From positions 1,120,844-1,184,843 of the forward strand of contig JBMNMK010000002.1 of NCBI GenBank assembly GCA_050953285.1: 64,000 bases of DNA, read 5' to 3'. Origin of the DNA: Atopobiaceae bacterium. Lineage in GTDB: Bacteria; Actinomycetota; Coriobacteriia; Coriobacteriales; Atopobiaceae. A program made the position numbers and the translations under genes. Positions 61,625 through 64,000 of the stretch are shown in pieces. Position 1 is the stretch's first letter. Each line of letters opens with the position of its first letter. A model generated the notes under the pieces. The model saw nothing but the letters and a program-made list of their open reading frames with translations. It searched no databases and was not told the origin of the DNA.

Positions 61625-63961
61625 CTAAATTCTCCTCTTCATCTCTGTACCACCCTCACCAGGCATGATGCGCCGTGCATCATAGACTGAAGGAACTCTG
61701 CTGGCAGAGGCAAGCAAGGTATCAAGCAGGCTTGCGTCAGATATCGCAACCAAGAATCTCAGGCGCGCAACGCCCTGCGAGCTGGTCTGCGTGGCCGCCG
61801 ACAAAATATTGGCGCCCGCATCGTTGATGGCTATCGTGACGTCTTTCAAAAGCCCCATCCTGTCCGATGCCTCGATAACTATCTCTACCTGGAACTCTGT
61901 GGCGCCCGACGTATCCCATTCAACGTCGATCATGCGCTCGGGGTGCTGCATCAAAGACTTCACATTGGGACAGTCTGTCCGGTGTACCGAGACGCCGCGC
62001 CCGCGCGTGATGAACCCGACGATATCATCTCCTGCCACCGGATTGCAGCAATGTGCAAGGTGGACGAGAAGATCGGGATCTCCTTTCACCACCACACCGC
62101 AGCCACCACGGTTGCGACCGCTCGTATTTCTCGGCCGCGCGCTCGGCGCATGCAGCGGCGCATCTGATGCTATTGCCCATTCACGCGCTGCCTCGCGCTG
62201 GGCAGCATTTTCTGCCGCTGCAAGCTGGGCGGGAGAGCCCGCCTCGAGGATATGCTCAATCTTGTTGGCAATCTGCTTGACCGAATACTTGCCCGTCCAA
62301 ATGCCCTGGTAGAGATCTTCTACCGAATGCAGGTCCATCTCTTCCAAGACCTTTTGGATGGCCTTGGTGGTGCGCGGCGTCGATATGCCGTAGGTGCGCT
62401 TTCTGAGCTCGGTGGCCAGCTGTGAGCGGCCCGCCTCTGCGTCATCTGCCTTGTTGGCCGTAGTGAAATACTTGCGTATCTTTGCGCGCGCAGAGGGCGT
62501 GTGGACAATATTGATCCAGTCATGCGACGGGCGCGCATTCTTGTTGGTGAGAATCTCTACCCTGTCACCCGTCTCAAGCGTATAAGTCAGCGGGACCACC
62601 GAGCCATTAACCTTGGCCCCCACGCAGTGATTTCCCACCTCAGTATGCACGGCATAGGCAAAATCAAGTGGCGTTGAGTCCTTGTGCAGGCTCATCACGT
62701 CGCCGGCCGGCGTGAACACAAAGATGGTGCCTTCAAACAGGTCAATCCTCAGACTCTTCAAGAACTCATGGGGATCTTCCAGATCATCCTCATTCACCCA
62801 GTCCAAGCTGCGCTTGATGTAGTTGATCTGAGAGTCAATCTCCCGGTCATCCTGCGACATCTGACCTTCAGAATTACCCGCCTTCTTGTAGAGCCAGTGG
62901 GCAGCAATACCGTATTCTGCCTGCTCATGCATCTCTTGCGTGCGAATCTGAATCTCCAGCGGCCGTGCGTCGGGGCCTATTACGGTGGTGTGCAGCGAGC
63001 GGTAGTTGTTGGCCTTGGGCGTGGCAATGTAGTCCTTAAAACGGCCTGGCAGCGGGTGCCAGAGCGCATGGACGGCGCCTAAGACTGAATAGCACTGACC
63101 CACGGTTTTGGTGATTACCCTCAAGGCGATAAGGTCATAGATGTCGCTAAACTCCGCCTTTTTGCGCTTCATCTTCTCGTAGATAGACCACAGATGCTTG
63201 GGCCTGCCCGAGATCTGGTAGTCCGTGATGCCCACCCGTGTGAGCTCATCGGTCAGCGTATTGATGGCATCTTGCGTGTTTTGCTCGCGCTGTGCCCGCG
63301 ATTCTTGCACCATCCGCGCAATGCGCGAGTACTCCTCGGGCTCCAGATAGAAAAACGCTAGGTCCTCAAGCTCCCACTTGACCGAGCTCATGCCCAAACG
63401 GTCGGCCAACGGCGCGTAGACATCCATGGTCTCACGTGCCTTAAAGAGCCTGCGGTCAGGTGGCAATGCCGCTAAGGTGCGCATGTTGTGCAAGCGGTCG
63501 GCTAGCTTGATGATGACCACGCGGATGTCTTTGCTCATGGCAAGAAACATCTTGCGCAGATTGAGTGCCTGCTTCTCATCCATTGAGCTCACCGATATAG
63601 TGGTGAGCTTAGTTACACCATCTACCAGCTCTGTAACCGTCTCACCAAAGCCCTCTTTGAGATCATCCAGTGAGGCTGAGGTGTCCTCCACGGTATCATG
63701 CAGCAGCGCCGCGCAGATGGCATCTTCATCCATATGCAGGTCTTTGGATAGGATGAGTGCCACCTCAACGGGGTGGTTGATATAGGGCTCACCGGAGCGT
63801 CTGCGCTGGTCTTTGTGAAACTCCGCAGCAAAGCGATACGCCCGATCAATCTTTTCTAACGCATCCTGGTCAAGATAGCTCTGACACGCCGTCTGGAGGA
63901 GTCTGTAGTTGTCAGCCATAGGCGGCGCTTCGTGCTGCGCTGTGACATCAGTCTTGGACAA
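61625..63961 (-). CDS. rel: Bifunctional (p)ppGpp synthetase/hydrolase (RelA/SpoT homolog, Rel)
   Basis: It has an HD hydrolase domain (HPVEVALIL...LHDTVEDT) and a synthetase domain (YRSLHTTV). TGS and ACT domains follow. Start is TTG at 63961 or ATG at 63919. Confidence 0.95.
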   Translation of the reverse strand: MSKTDVTAQHEAPPMADNYRLLQTACQSYLDQDALEKIDRAYRFAAEFHKDQRRRSGEPYINHPVEVALILSKDLHMDEDAICAALLHDTVEDTSASLDDLKEGFGETVTELVDGVTKLTTISVSSMDEKQALNLRKMFLAMSKDIRVVIIKLADRLHNMRTLAALPPDRRLFKARETMDVYAPLADRLGMSSVKWELEDLAFFYLEPEEYSRIARMVQESRAQREQNTQDAINTLTDELTRVGITDYQISGRPKHLWSIYEKMKRKKAEFSDIYDLIALRVITKTVGQCYSVLGAVHALWHPLPGRFKDYIATPKANNYRSLHTTVIGPDARPLEIQIRTQEMHEQAEYGIAAHWLYKKAGNSEGQMSQDDREIDSQINYIKRSLDWVNEDDLEDPHEFLKSLRIDLFEGTIFVFTPAGDVMSLHKDSTPLDFAYAVHTEVGNHCVGAKVNGSVVPLTYTLETGDRVEILTNKNARPSHDWINIVHTPSARAKIRKYFTTANKADDAEAGRSQLATELRKRTYGISTPRTTKAIQKVLEEMDLHSVEDLYQGIWTGKYSVKQIANKIEHILEAGSPAQLAAAENAAQREAAREWAIASDAPLHAPSARPRNTSGRNRGGCGVVVKGDPDLLVHLAHCCNPVAGDDIVGFITRGRGVSVHRTDCPNVKSLMQHPERMIDVEWDTSGATEFQVEIVIEASDRMGLLKDVTIAINDAGANILSAATQTSSQGVARLRFLVAISDASLLDTLLASASRVPSVYDARRIMPGEGGTEMKRRI

Positions 63962-64000
63962 ATAAACCCCTCCTAACGATCAACAACCGTGCCAAATGAT

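Overview
This 64-kb chromosomal segment comes from a moderately GC-rich Gram-positive anaerobe. Gene content suggests Actinomycetota, possibly Coriobacteriia, but that is inference only. The hints are a Rho with a long N-terminal low-complexity extension, an Rnf complex, an LPXTG adhesin and a WecA/TagO-type transferase. Most of the window is housekeeping or metabolic: htpG, the rnfCDGEAB operon, livJHMGF, rho, argS, pncB, infC-rpmI-rplT, rel, tRNA-Ala(CGC) and tRNA-Leu(CAA). Accessory content includes a larE gene beside an ECF-type Ni/Co transporter (cbiM/Q/O). There is one intact IS1595-family element with terminal inverted repeats and an 8-bp target-site duplication. A 997-aa LPXTG surface protein carries three tandem ester-bond (HxDxxDxxQ) repeat domains. 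A metal-related operon reads COG0523 GTPase, thioredoxin-like protein, DUF318 permease, ArsR, then a membrane-anchored GIY-YIG protein. A fused feoAB gene and a selenium/sulfur-trafficking cluster (YedE, TusA-like, DUF3343, divergent from a class-V PLP desulfurase/lyase) are also present. No rRNA genes or CRISPR arrays were seen, and I did not find a convincing new multi-gene system. The observations most worth follow-up are: (1) a compensated pair of frameshifts at two homopolymer tracts inside the DUF318 permease; (2) a well-initiated small gene whose frame continues through a TGA up to the ATGA-coupled start of the next gene; (3) the selenium-handling cluster; (4) a roughly 215-nt intergenic region with nested long-range complementarity (57621-57835); (5) an ATA-initiated infC preceded by an intrinsic-terminator-like attenuator. 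All calls come from reading the sequence and ORF translations by eye; no searches or computations were run.
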